Shown: positions 1 through 13,199 of the stretch, piece after piece
How the letters are laid out: every line of letters starts with the position of its first letter
Numbering within the stretch: the first letter of the stretch is position 1
Source of the DNA: Haliotis rufescens
Lineage: Eukaryota
Assembly (NCBI RefSeq): GCF_023055435.1
Contig: NW_025964057.1
Location: forward strand, 1,116,001-1,180,000
Reading direction: 5' to 3'
Length of the DNA stretch: 64,000 nt
Program-made: the position numbers and the translations under genes
Notes under the pieces: generated by a model
What the model saw: the letters and a program-made list of their open reading frames with translations, nothing else
What the model was told of the DNA's origin: nothing
The model's database searches: none

Positions 1-147
1 CTGTTGTGTACTTGATGAGGCAGCTCTTGGTGATGTCGTCCTGGATCATGGTGGAGTTGAGGTCATCGGTGCTGTTGAAAGTGGAGTTGTAGACGTCGGA
101 GATGTTGCTGAGGAGGCCGTCTACACATGGCTGATTGTACAACTCTC
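1..147 (-). CDS. SLC6 transporter exon (extended extracellular loop 2), continues beyond window start
   Basis: Acceptor cttctgCAG at 148-150. Phase-1 join with the previous exon gives R-ELYNQPCVDGLLSNISDVYNSTFNSTDDLNSTMIQDDITKSCLIKYTT, open to the window edge. Not in the ORF track. Confidence 0.75.
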
Positions 148-748
148 CTGCAGAAGTAGGAAGAATAATGATAACCTTTGAGGAGAGGGCAGTTCACCAT
201 TATTAGCCCTGGGCGACAAGGCAGTTGAAAATGGGAGTGCTTATTGAAACCATAAACAGCTAGTTACATTTGTTTCCAGAGATAGACTGGCAGTGATGAA
301 AATGTTTTCTCTTTGATAATAGCTACTGGGCAATTATCTGCCTCTTCTACGGTTTTATTTTCTGAAAAACAATATGTAAAATAAACAAGAATAATCGATT
401 CTATAGACAAAAGTACATTGTCCCCGAAAATGCTTCAAAGATTGCTACACATGCATTATACTGGACACCAATCCGCCAAGTTTGTTTGATGCAGCTAATA
501 ATGTATTTTATATCTACTATAGTAATTAAAGATTTGACAAGCTCTTGCACATCCTTACCAAAATGGCGGAAGGTGTCCGGTATACTGCCTTCTTACCCCA
601 AAAATAAATTGTTAGCCAAAAACATACATTGTTGCAAGTTGTTTTTCGTAAAACGTATATAGGCTCATAGTTCCATTGCAGAAATATCTGGCTTTGCAGA
701 TGTAGCTGGAAAAAAGCTTGACTCCAAAACAAATCCCAGGCCCCTTAC

Positions 749-970
749 TAAACAATGTCATTGTTTTGTTATCCTCGGTCATGGATGACAAAGCTGGATA
801 GGACTCAGTCCTGCAGGAGTTGGTGTTCCAGGAATTGCCACACGACCCCCAGGGAATTGAGTAATCTAGGTTGACGAAGCTGACAAACATGTAGTACACG
901 GCGTACATGATGACGACGTTGAAGTAGATGGACACCATGAAGCTGGTGATCACCATGGCAAACCCAATAC
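749..970 (-). CDS. SLC6 transporter exon (TM3 and start of EL2)
   Basis: GIGFAMVITSFMVSIYFNVVIMYAVYYMF...IPWGSCGNSWNTNSC matches the SLC6 TM3 and PW-x2-C-x3-WNT-x2-C motif. CAG acceptor 971-973, GTAAG donor starting at 748. 222 nt, phase 1-1. Confidence 0.92.
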
Positions 971-1281
971 CTGAAACAGTTATTGTTATCAGAGGATAAC
1001 TGACAACTATTATATATGGACGTGTTCCTAATTACTTCATCAGTAGAGGATTAATATCGACAATCAAATATATAAGGAAGACTTATCAGATTGACGAGGT
1101 AGACTTTCGATTCTGATTGGTCAGTTTCAATGCACAATAGCATGTCCTCCACAATACAGTACCAGTTTCATCCAAACAATTGTGTTTAGTCGTACACATT
1201 ACCTTTAGAAGCGCATGCATATGGATATTTAGCATAGATGCTTTGTAAATGATAAATTTAAATGTACACTCCAGGTATTAC

Positions 1282-1413
1282 CATGAAATGCTGGAGAGAC
1301 TTTCCACACAGTGATCGATCCCTCAGAAGCGAACTGACCCAGGGCCAGCTCCATGAAGAACATCGGCAGTCCTACCACCACCAGCATTATAAGGTAGGGG
1401 ATGACGAACGTGG
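1282..1413 (-). CDS. SLC6 transporter exon (TM2)
   Basis: [44 protein letters not shown], with the SLC6 signature GLP[11 protein letters not shown]. CAG 1414-1416, GTAAT donor starting at 1281. 132 nt. Confidence 0.93.
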
Positions 1414-1959
1414 CTGTCAACCAAATGGAGAAACAGTAACACACTCTTGTTGCTGTGAAACATCAGGCAACATTTATGCTGTAATACCTTCTTAGTTAAA
1501 CGGGATCGTTTCACTTTTGTAGACTAGATTTGACACCTGAATTATGATTTCTATTGCCATGCCATTATTGTAAAATTAAAAAGAAAAATTACAGTAGTTG
1601 CCAGTTTGTCATAATTTCTATGACAAACTTTAGCGATTGTATTCGAACATCCAGACAGGTGACGGATACACTATGTAGAAGACGTCATATCACGAGGTCC
1701 TGTATCAAGTACAATCTCAGCGATTTCAAAGTCCAAGTCGCTGCATCAACCGGCACCACTTGTGTAAAGCCGGCCAGCACCACTTGTGTGAAGGCGGCCA
1801 GCACCTTGAGTGACTGATGCCGACAGAGCTATTGTTGTTAAGGTATAAAGTGATATCCTGTGACATGAATTGATGCACGATCCAAACTGTATGCGTTCAG
1901 TTACAATTTACTTGAACACACATGAACGATGTATGAGTGAGTGGCGTATGAACACATAC

Positions 1960-2077
1960 CTCCCCCATTCTTGTAGCAGAGGTAGGGAAACCTCCAGACT
2001 GTTCCAAGGCTGACAGAGTAGCCGATACAAGACAGCAGGAACTGGACCTTGTTTCCCCAGGATTCTCTCTCTACAAC
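1960..2077 (-). CDS. SLC6 transporter exon (TM1), amino-acid/glycine/proline transporter-like
   Basis: [39 protein letters not shown], an SLC6 TM1 signature. CAG 2078-2080, GTATG donor starting at 1959. Confidence 0.93.
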
Positions 2078-2191
2078 CTGATGAGTAAATACATACATGT
2101 ATGTCAGTTGCATTGGAGCATTTGCAAAGGGGTACACACAGTGCAATCAGGTACAGGAAAGGGGGAAACATGGATTGATGTTGCATTTATC

Positions 2192-2345
2192 TTGTTTGTT
2201 TGTTTGTTTGTTGTTTAACGCCGCACTCAGCAATATTCCAGTTATATGACGGCGGTCTGTAAATAAGCGATTTTGGACAATCCAGTGATTGACATCATGA
2301 GCATCGATCCACACAATTGGGATAAGATGACATGCATCAACCAAG
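2192..2345 (-). mobile_element. Partial SINE-like element (same family as 20097-20340)
   Basis: Reverse complement contains ...ccgccgtcatataactggaatattgctgagtgcggcgttaaacaacaaacaaac, matching the 3' half of the copies at 20097 and 21333. Confidence 0.75.
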
Positions 2346-3649
2346 ACATTTCTCGAACCGAAAGCTACATAAGCTTTATGTATTGCATGAGAAAGAATCA
2401 GTAAGTTTGGAATTTTTATAAATTGCGATATCATAAAATACAAATACCTCTGATTATAACCCCAGCGATGTCTCGTAGTATTGCACTGTTATATGGCAGT
2501 ACATTTATTGTTTAACAGTGATTGTAGCTGTGTTGTATTGTTTCTGTTGGGATTCGGAGGATGCACAATTTATTGTGTTTGGACAGTGATCAGTAGTCAG
2601 GAATCTTCTATATTTAGATGCGAGCGGGGTGTGTAAACTTCCGGTCCGATATACCGCGGACGGTGACAGTAAGTCATGTTCTTTTATGTTGCAGAACCGA
2701 TGGACTGGTGAGGGCATTGTGTAGAACTTTCCAGTTGGGCTATATATAGAAGGAGACAAGAGCGTGTTATGCATCTCATCACATCGGAACAAGCTTTCAT
2801 GTGAGGATCGCTCTTCATCACTGATTCCTGCCAATCCCATCTCGGAAGCTTGACCAATGTCGCCGCTGGGTAAAGATATCTTTTTATCACAGACTTGTGC
2901 TGTCATCACTGTATTTGTGTATTCGCTACTGCCAACTACCATCATATCATACACTGCCATTGAATTTGGTACTAACACTATAGATTACTGCCATTGTAAT
3001 TGCTGCGTAGTAATTTGCATTGATTTGTAAACTTAGTGAATTTTGTAATACATTTGTTTGTATGCCACTTGTTGGATGTTTGTTGGTTTCAAAGTAAGTT
3101 CTTTTACCCATAGATTTCTGGGCCAACATTATTGTTTCACTTGGGGAATCGACACGTAACAGTACGCAGTAATCTTTTGGGGTGGTGTTCCCTCCAACTG
3201 ACGTCTCCTCAACTAGCACAATTACTACTGTCAACGCGCATGTTGAGGGGGAATTAGCTCTTCGGGGAATAAAGGACAAAATCGACATCACTGTTCCGGA
3301 ACGCTTTATGCACAACATGTAAACAATAAATGTCATACTATAAATAAAAGTAATTAACGGGAAGTGATAAAGTATCCCAGGTTGGCTGTCAGTCAATATA
3401 CAATGAAATGTTGTTGAGGATTAACAACGGGGATTAGCGAAAGAGCCAAATTCACATTACCTGGGTTTACCCAATATAGAAAAGACATAAATACTCATGC
3501 CTGGTAACAAGGGAGGAGGACTTATCACCCTTGTCCCCGACCCCTGACCGCTGTAACTCCAAAAATATCGAAACAAATGTACGTAACCTTGACACCCACG
3601 TAATCTCCTTTAAACTGCGAACATAGAAATCATATGAATACAAAAACTT

Positions 3650-6042
3650 TAATGAATGCTAAAACTCACCATAGATATGTGTGCCTTACTCCCATGCGGG
3701 CTCTATGGATGTAATGTCTGGGGACTATTAACCCTCAAAGAATACGATATGCTGGAAGTTATTCAACGTTATTTCAGTAGAAAAATACAGGGCCTTCCAA
3801 AATGTACATCAGGTGTTTTAAATATATTTATTTCACAGCTTGTGAACTGGATTGGTAAACAAGCAAAAACTTATTTGAATACCGCTCCAGATTTAGAATA
3901 CAACATAATATGACAAAAGTACAGTCAAGGAATACAATTGTATACATGTTCTTATTATAGAAACTACGTTGAAACTACGTTGTCGGCGCTGTCAGGTCTC
4001 ATTTTTAGTAGTAATAGTGTACCGCAATATACGGCAAGGAATAGTATTATAAATTTAAGATGCTATGTAAAATCACAAAACCTATTGGATAGCTGAATGT
4101 AGTCTTGTACTGATTTAAGAATTTCTAAGTTTATTTTTGACGTCCTTTCAGGATTACCTAATAGAATTGAATTTAGATCATATCCCTTAACATAATAGTA
4201 CATATTCTGTCTTAAATCATTGTAATTTGGGCAAAGAAAGTGAAGTGCATCTTCAGTGTGATAGCCACAACTACATGCGGGATTATCTGATAAATATCGT
4301 GCGACCCGGTCTGCATTAAGATCACTGCATCCAAGTCGAAGGCGGGCGTGCACAATTTGACAAAATCTGGACCCGTAGTTTAGATCAAAACTTATCATTT
4401 TTTTTAAGTCCTCTTTATATGTTTTTTGAAAGTACTCAATGTATCTGCATCTATATATTCGTCTGATAGCGAATTCCAAATTTGGACAGTATCAGGAATA
4501 AAAGATTTAGCATAATTTACCGTTTTACAGTTAACAGTTTGCAAATTAGAACTATTTCTCAAATTGAACCTACTCGTTTCTGAGACTTTTTGAGGAATAA
4601 GATCAGAAAGATAAGCCGGTACTAAATTATTTACCATTTTATAAAAAGTACTTAGTTTCGACATGTATCGTCGTTCTTCTAGTGATGTTAGGTTAGTTTC
4701 CTTATATAGTTTACTGTGACTGGTGCCACGGACGGCTCCGCAAATAGTTCTTAGTGCATCTAGGTTTAATTTTTCAAGCAGTGATGCTTGCTCCTTTGTA
4801 CAATTATCCCAAATGTGACAACTGTAATCAAAGATTGGCAAGATAAAGGATTTATACATTGTTTCTAAGGTCTTTCTACTAAGGCGGTATTTAAAGCTTC
4901 TAAGACAATTAATCATTGGACTAACCTTCTTAAGTATACTATCAGTATGATAGTCCCAAAGGCAATCATGTTGAAGTATTAAACCTAAATGTTTATGGGA
5001 GTTAACTTCCTCGATTATAGTATCATTAAGTTTCAAACTTGGTTTAGGAGTAGGACGTATTTTACGTGAGAACTGGACAGATATGGGTTTGCTAGGGTTG
5101 AAGTTAACCTGCCACATTTCAGCCCATATAGAAATGTTGGCTAAGTCAGTGTTTAAACAATTAGCTGCTGTATCGGGATCGTCTACAACTACATAAAGAC
5201 GATATCATCTGCAAACAGTCTAATATTACTTCCAATTTCATCGACAATATCATTTATATAGATAATAAATAAAAGTGGTCCTAATACTGACCCCTGAGGG
5301 ACACCAGCCATAACAGGTCTTAAGTCTGAACTATAACCATTTATAACTACTTTTTGGGATCTATTTTCTAAGTAACTTGGGAACCATTGTAAAAGTCAGG
5401 TACTGTTGCTGTGGACAACATGGGCTTGATATCTCTCCAATCCTTTATTGACAAACAGTCACTGTTACTACTTGGAAAACTAAGCCGTTCCAGTTACAGC
5501 TATGTTTTTAACAAGGTATTCATTACTCGCCTTGGGCAATTTAGATATGAAATAGCGTTGGATAACTTCAGAAAACGATGTGCTTTGTCACCTGTATATA
5601 ACATGCTTAGACTTGTCAAAAAATACAATCTCTATGCAGAAATAGAAGATTATCTTATTAAATGTAGCTTCCCAAGTAAAAAGGCATGGTCTGATATTGT
5701 TAAGGAAAGGATTATTTTTGCAGACCAGGAAGCTGTATGCTCTAAGCTGCTATCTAGACTTAACTTAAATAGATATGTTTCGCTACGTAATGATAAAGAA
5801 CACAGACTCTGGCTGCTTGCACTTGAACGTCCTGAACAGTTCCCAAACCTGTCTCATCTTGTACGGCTGGGATGCCTAAATATAGAATCTAGGGAATGTC
5901 GATGTAGAATTGTAGCTCATGATATTATTAAGCATGTCTTCTTGTATTGTACATTGAATATGAACGACAGAAATGAACTATTTGAAATCATTTGTGATGT
6001 GATAGATGTCTCTACATTTGCAAGACTATGTAGTGAGGACGA

Positions 6043-6046
<4 letters not shown>
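3650..6046 (+). mobile_element. 5'-truncated LINE ORF2 3' fragment (LINE A), split by LINE C
   Basis: Joining 3656-3814 with 5402-6046 gives LYGCNVW...QRYFSRKIQGLPKCTSGTVAVDNMGLISLQSFIDKQSLLLLGKL...CRC...HVFLYC. This is collinear with the C-terminal part of ORF2 at 6247-9663. Confidence 0.8.
3815..5395 (-). mobile_element. 5'-truncated CR1-group LINE (LINE C), RT C-terminal half plus 3' UTR
   Basis: GVPQGSVLGPLLFIIYIND and FADD motifs (~5200-5310). C-terminal CSCG...EDALHFLC. Frameshifted ORFs 4404-5117 and 4063-4479. Flanked by TCAGGT direct repeats (3809-3814, 5396-5401). Confidence 0.85.
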
Positions 6047-6101
<55 letters not shown>

Positions 6102-6246
6102 CTTTATTTCCTCCAGATGCGATTCCGAAGATTACAATGAATATATATTCAATTACACGCAGTTAACACAATAAAAAAAGGCATAACATATTTACAATTA
6201 CACACAGTTTATCAAATTCAGATACCTAAATGATGACAGATTTTCA

Positions 6247-9200
6247 CTAGAAGATATATATCAAAAGATGCCTTAGTTTGTACAGATACGAGGAGAACTG
6301 AAGTATAATAGTTTCCCAGGTGTGTTGATCCAGATTGTGAGTAAATTTTGTTTCAGCCCCAAATAAGACTGATAACATATCTGTTTCATCTTGCATTTCA
6401 AAATCAACATATTTTTGAACGTCAAGTACGTCAATGAGAGAAGAGAAAAACGCATTTCTTTCTGATATCAGCGCTTCACAATGTAAAATAACGTGGCTGT
6501 CATAGTCAAAAGCATGCCTATTACAGAGCATGCACTCTTTCGAAGGTTTACTACGTGATGAGACTTTCACACAGAGTTGTAAAGCAGGTCGATATTCCGG
6601 GTACAGAAAAGCTAATTGCCAAAGTACATGGTATGTTAATTTCGTATGAATTCTCTTATAACGGGACATGCTTGCGTTATTTGATACATTTGTGAGCCAT
6701 GATTGTTCTTCGTATTTGCATATAGTTTCGTTAACACGATTTCTCCATTTCAATTTTGGAGGGAAAGTACCGTACTGAGTATATGCACGAAGGTAGGGAC
6801 TCAGATTGTATTTATCAAGTGTTGATTTAAGATCTCCACAGATTGTCTTTGAATTGACAGGGCTTGTAATGGACGCGCAAAAAATATCTTTTGCAATGTT
6901 ATTACAGTTCAGATTGCATAAACGACCAAGAAATAAAAGTTTGCATTTATCAATATATGCAGTAATTGTCCAAAGTCCAAGGTTCGAAATAGTAGATTCT
7001 GAGGGAGATCTTTTATCAAGACCCTGTACAATGCGTGCAAAATATCTTTGCGTGCCTTCCAACAGAGCGGCATGTTGACCCTCGATGTCATAGAGTAATT
7101 CACATCCATAAAGGCTGGTTGTGAGTATCATTCTGAGCCATATTTTCACGCTTGAAATTGGATGAAGATCATAACTATTTAATCCTAAAGATCTTAGGGA
7201 GTTAATATTTTGTCTTGCTTTCTGACAGTACTTTTCAATTCTTGTTTTACAGGACAGGTTGTATGTTAGAAGTATTCCACCATACACCGTAGAGTCAGTT
7301 GTAGTGATGTGTATATTACCAAGTTTACAATGACAGTTATATCCCTTGCGTTTTGCTTTGGTGAACACAATTATTGCACTTTTTGATGAATTATATGTTA
7401 GGCGCCACCTTGAGGCATATGTATGTACAATATCAAGGGATGTTTGTAAGCCTCTCGGTGATGCGCTAATAAATGTAGTATCGTCGGCAAGCAAGACTGC
7501 AGGAATATCCATACCATATGCACGGATGCCACATTGTGCTTGTCTAAGGGCTGTAATGAGGTCATTTATAAAAACAAGAAAAAAACAAGCAGAGATTACT
7601 CTGCCTTGGCCAACACCTTGTTGAACCATATATGTGTCTGATTGTTCACCTTGGTAGGAAATATAAGCATAACTATTTGTATAACAATGATGTAGTAATT
7701 TCCATGTATTACCTCTAATGCCCAGTTTATGTAGTTTGTAAAATAATCCATCGTGCCATATCCTATCGAATGCTTTTTCATTATCTAAGAAAGCTGCATA
7801 GACTGCAGAGTCCCTTTGTATGTAATACTGAATGCCTTCGGTCAAAGTAAATACTGACATAATAGCTCCATGTTCTTTTCTAAAACCAAACTGTAGCATA
7901 TCAGGAAAGTCTGGGTTAAGTCTACATAGTTTGTCTTCTATACGTTTGAGCAGTATTTTTTCAAAGAGTTTACAGAGACATGATGTGAGAGAAATACCTC
8001 TATAATTTCGAGGGTCAGATTTTTCATTCTTCCCCTTATATATTGGTATGACCATACCAAGTCTATAATCATAAGGTACATATTGTAGTTTCATCATATG
8101 ATTAAAAAGTATACGTAAGGAATAAATGAGATGTTCTCCTGCATAGATAATATGTTCATTTGTAATCTTATCCGGACCTGGAGATTTATTCCTGCTGAGG
8201 GATTTGACGGCCTCTCTTATCTCTTGACATGTAGATTCTTTTTCCAATTCCTCATCAGGCCTCTCTCGTACTTGTTTAAATATATGTACCTTACTAGTTA
8301 TATCTTCTTTAAATACATCATCAAATCCTTCGGAATGGTAGGGTTTGGCTAAATCTGAAAAATATTTACCCCATAATCTGCAAATGGCTGAGGGTGTAGA
8401 ACCACATTCATCCTTATAGTTAAGTATAGGTATCTCGGCCACCCTCCCTCGTTGTTTTCTAACAGTTTTATAAAAAGAATTTATATCAAGTTCAGCTGAC
8501 CTCTCAATTTCCCTTAGGGTATTCTTTTTGTTGGACCTTTTCGATTTTCGATAGAGGCGCCTGAAGTGTCTCTTTTCAGTTTTATAAGAGATGCGCGAAT
8601 CCGAGTTTTCGTCCCTGGGTTTACCGTTATTTAGCCATGCACGTCGAGCAGCCCTCATACGGTAATGCGCATCATTCAGTCCATCAGGTTTCCAGAATGG
8701 TTTTAGATAAGGTTTATATTCACATTTAGGGATACATTTGGAACTTGCAAGTAAAAGGCATTTACTTATATGGTCGCTATATGTGTCAACATTTTCAGGC
8801 TGACAAGACAGATTACAGTCATGAAAGGAGTTAAGATATGTACCAAATTCACACTGGTACATGAGTATATCATCTTGACTTGCTTTGTTCCATTTTGGAA
8901 CAGGGGGGTTAATATTGAGATTATTTCGACCAAAGGCTCTCAATGACATAGATAATAAACATGGGAGATGATCTGACACCGTATAAGGGCATGTATCTAT
9001 AACATGGAGATCGGTAACATGGTCTTTTATCCACGAGGGTACCAGGATATAGTCAATCATACTCTTTAAGGTGTTATCCTTGGATCTACATGTATAACGT
9101 GGGGAATGGGTTGCGAACTCACTAATGGTGTGTAGGAGGTGTCTATCAGATATAGCAGTGCTAACTAGCTTATCCCGGGCAGAGAGATTGTGCTTACAAA

Positions 9201-9663
9201 TATCTGCATTAAGATCACCAAGGATAAAAGTAACACCCTGTTCACAGAGATCATCATACATATCTATGAGTTCGTTAAGGGCGTCACAATACACAAAATG
9301 TAGTACATTAGTTGAAGGTAGGCGACATGCTATTACATAAATATCACAGTAGTGTCGCCGAGTTAGTTTGAAAGCTATTGCGTGGTCTGTGCTTACAGTG
9401 ATAGTGTGAGCTTTTCACTCGCTGTTGCTATTAACTAAGATTGCTAATCCATCTGATCCCCGAAAACAGCATGTTTCCGGAGAAACAGCATTATAGGATA
9501 TCAAATTTAGATCCTGAAACATATCTAATTTAGACATTCTATTTGCAGGCAGCCAATGCTCCTGTAGGGCCACAACATCAACATGTCGAGACAATGTCTG
9601 ACGAATATAGTCCGTACCGTGGAGAACTCCACGTACATTCCATGTTAATAATGATAGCGTCAT
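6247..9663 (-). pseudogene. LINE B ORF2: APE endonuclease, reverse transcriptase and CCHC, with one in-frame TGA at 9415-9417
   Basis: MTLSLLTWNVRG...LQEHWL, ILGDLNA, IDYI and SDH (APE); KSPGPD, NYRGISL, QFGFR, KAFD, GVGQG and LADD (RT); CxxC...H...C. Track ORFs 9415-9852 and 6247-9294 are in the same frame. Confidence 0.92.
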
Positions 9664-9727
9664 TAGGAGTACACCCACCTTGATCACAGTGTCCTTTCTA
9701 AACTGGATGTGACACATGAATGTTTTA

Positions 9728-11311
9728 TTACCTGTGGGTATGAGAGTCGGCGTTACGAGATGGCATCCGGGTCTTGGGTACATATTCTCTCGTTTTAATA
9801 CCTGGAGGCCAAAAATCTGGATTAGTACAAACGAAGTGTTCATAGTCGTCATAGTCGATGTTCACTTGCACAGTGTAGGTGTGTTGGTAGTTGTAGGGTT
9901 GATTCTTCTTCATTAGTCGGACAAAGGTGACACGCACACGCATATCCTGGGCGTACTCGTATATCAGATCTTTGACAGTGTCAAATGGTTCATCAGCTTT
10001 GATGTTGTACAGAACTAGTCGTTTTGTCCGGATTCTCGGTACACCTTCTAGGGCGTGATACGTCTTTGCCAGTGATCTGATGGGGTACGATTTCGGTTTC
10101 TCGTGGGTGAGGTGGTTATCAGTGGGGGATCGGTAGGTTTTGCTCGAGCTCACCTGTTGCCACGGCTCTGTTTCACGATGTTCATCCTGGTAGGTGAAGT
10201 CATAGTCGTAGTTGCGTTCAGTTAGATCAAGGTAATCGTGTCCTGTTTTATCCTTGCCCGTAGCGATGTTATCTTGGGTAGGTGTTGTCTCACGTTCACG
10301 ACGCTGGGTGTCTGAGTGAACACATGGCTTTGGTCTGTCTTGCACTGATCTGTCTTCATCCGTGTTAATATCAGGTGTATTTGACATCGATGCTGTTGGA
10401 GATGTAGTTGTGGTAAATGGGCCATCTGTTTTATGTGATTCGACGGCATGAGCTACTGTCACGTTAAGTTTATTTTCACCATTAGATTTATGCTTGTTAG
10501 ATATAGTGGTAATCTTGTTTTAGATGATTTTGAGTTTGGAGTCAACTGAGTAGTTCAACCGGAGCATTTCATTTTCCAGTTCAATGATATGATCACGATA
10601 TGATTTGTTTTGTTGATTGTACAACTTAAGCTCTGCCCTCAGCTCCGTGTGCCTGTCTTCAGAGTCGCTCAGTTTGTTATTTAGTTCATTGACAAGTTTG
10701 TCCTTTTCACAGATAGCCTCCCTGAGTAAGTTCATTTCGCGGGTGAATTTGTTTTCCAGTTGTGCTAATTTGTTTTCAGCCATATCATTTCCACGAGCAA
10801 TGCACTGTTTTATCTGTATAACATGGCTGAGAATTGTAGATATTGAGTCACTCTCCTCGAGTGGTATGACGTCAGTTGCAGTGTGCTCAGTTGTATCGTC
10901 ATCCTCTTCATTAGGCGTACACATAGACTGGTTTCCCATGGATTTAATACTTGCTCGGCTGAGTACCTTTGCTTGCAATACATGATCCGGTATGCCACCT
11001 TCCACATAGTGAAATATGTAGTATATATCCTGTGAGTATTTGTTGAGTACAGCCTGCTTATCATTGTTCTTGGCTCTACGGGAAACCAATTTACCAGTCG
11101 GAAAATCATCGCATGTATCCCTTGCATGGTCGTAAATACTTTCACGTATGTGATTTAGCTCACGTGGGTCACTCTTGTATATCTCAATCAAAGATTGTTG
11201 GAAAGACTCTTTGTCTTTGTGTCCCAGCTTACGCTTGACTTCGTCATAGATTGCTTTGTCCTGACTGTCGCTTGGCTGGGTGTTGTAGAATGTTTCCTCA
11301 ACATCGGTCAT
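9728..11311 (-). pseudogene. LINE B ORF1 (coiled coil and C-terminal RRM-like domain), with one in-frame TAA at 10520-10522
   Basis: Heptad-rich coiled coil; C-terminal KRLVLYNI...FWPPGIKTREY typical of LINE ORF1. The two track ORFs are in frame across a single stop. Confidence 0.8.
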
Positions 11312-11678
11312 TGTTAACCAATCAAGGTAGAAGCCTCCAAGCTCGGCTGGTACGTGAGCTCTAATCAGCCTCAAACACACAGCACATTGTAATGATATAG
11401 AAAGTTTTAAGTTATTTCCAATAAAGTAGGAACTGTTATGAGAAAAGTGATTTCATAAATCAAATCAGTACCTTGAGATATCCATACTGGGCATGTTTTT
11501 GCATTGTGGACATTCTTGTCTATCTATCTATCTATCTTGCCGATTGTATACATGGAACCACCACCACACGATTAACTACAACCTCGGTTCGTGGGAAGAA
11601 ATCTTGAATGTGATGCACATAACTTCAGCAAGTTATATATCCAAATTACATATCTACACACGTTATCATTCACAGTGG

Positions 11679-12881
11679 TTTAAACATATTTTTATTCATT
11701 GAAATGAGTGGGGATTGGTGAACAAGCTTCACAGCTTATGTTAACACCGCTCTCATACAACATATATTACATATTGAAATGAAGGATGTGACGTCATCGA
11801 TATAGACATTATTTAAATAATATGTTTGTACATATTACATCAAATACAAATACAAAGAGAACATAAATAGAAAGTTACAGCTTGTGTGTGTCTAACAAGT
11901 CGTTTGTAACAAAAGTAATAGTCAATCATGAGGTTATTGTCCGGTTAATTTAATTATTAATTTGTGAAGAGCTGAAACGTTTTGTCTTGACGATGAAATC
12001 GTGGACGGATTCAACTAATTTCTGGTTTTCAGAGTGAGCAAGTTCATTGTTTCCGTTCATAATAGTATCCAGGTTATAACCGGTAGTGTAAAAGTGCATA
12101 TTAAGTCTTATCTGAGTAAAGTTACAGCAATTAAAAAAATAATGTAGGGCGTTTTCACTCTTATATCCACAGGAGCAACACGGACTGTCAATTAAATGTC
12201 TGTCATAATACTTATCGGCGTTTAGATCGCTACAACCGATTCTGAGGCGGCAGTGAACGATTTGAAAGAATCGAGTGCCACAGCTAAGGTCAAAATAAGT
12301 CTTATTTTCGGTTTTCGTAATTCGGTTTTTAAATTCTGACAGACTACTTGACATTTGGTTAGAGCATTCCATACGTGTATTGTGTCTTGTAAAAAGGATT
12401 TGGCGTAAGAAGAAGTACGGCTATAAATTCCTTGCATTTCAGAACTGTTTCTTAAACTATAGTTTGTAGTTTCGGAGACAAAGTTTGGGATCAAATCACA
12501 AATATAGCTTGGGAATAGGTTATTATACATTTTAAAGAAAAAAGTTAATTTTTGGCAGTATCTTCTATCTTGCAAGGATTGAGATTTAGTTTCATTATAA
12601 AGTTTCTTATGACTTGTGCCACGAACGGCACCACATATAGTTCTCAGGGCATCAAGATGTAAGCTTTCTAATATACCCGATTGTTCAGAAGTACAATTAT
12701 CCCAAAAATGCAAACAATAGTCAAATATTGGCAAGATATAGAACTGTTACATAGTATCCAAGGTTTTACGTGATAATCGGTATTTAAAACTCCTCAGACG
12801 ACTGATCATAGGGCGAACTTTTTGTACAATATCATTAATGTGATCAGTCCATGTACAGTCGCTTTGGAGTGTCACTCTTAA
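11679..12881 (-). mobile_element. 5'-truncated CR1-group LINE (LINE D, related to LINE C) with 14-bp TSD
   Basis: LDALRTICGAVRGTSH and RLRIGCSDLNAD shared with LINE C; similar 3' UTR. TSD ATCATTCACAGTGG at 11665-11678 and 12882-12895. Confidence 0.87.
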
Positions 12882-13199
12882 ATCATTCACAGTGGATGTG
12901 GATAGTTTGTTGGTGTATTCAGTGTATTAATACTCTTCTCTAGTCATTGGGTTTTGTAAACCTGTGAGTGGACCTTTTGGAGAATAATTGTACCCCTATG
13001 CTGTTTTAGATTTCAAAATCTTATGAGTTTGTGTTCGTGCATTGAACTTCATTACAGTGATACAAGTCACAATCGGAGAGATGTTGTACATTTGTGCATT
13101 ATTCACTGCAGTAGGATTCTTCTACACACGATGCCTGCATTCAGCCAGAGAGAAAAAATCTGTTAAAACAGTTGTTGAGAGGACAATACAGATATTCCT

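Larger units (their letters stand above)
6047..11380 (-). mobile_element. Near full-length two-ORF LINE (LINE B, APE-RT type) with (TC)n 3' tail
   Basis: ORF1 and ORF2 in tandem, short 3' UTR, and a (GA)n tract at ~6047-6098 that is the (TC)n tail on the element strand. Confidence 0.9.

Noticed and set aside
2505-3396. Two overlapping minus-strand ORFs (157 and 149 aa) upstream of the SLC6 TM1 exon, with a weak LLSPS..TG repeat
   Set aside because: No recognisable domain, different frames and no convincing splice link to exon 1960-2077; left uncalled.
9415-9417. In-frame TGA as selenocysteine or programmed readthrough
   Set aside because: No supporting element seen; a TGG>TGA mutation is simpler, and ORF1 has a similar single stop.
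11385-11460. Possible continuation of LINE A beyond LINE B (VISNKVGTVMRKVIS*)
   Set aside because: No clear TSD and similarity too weak.
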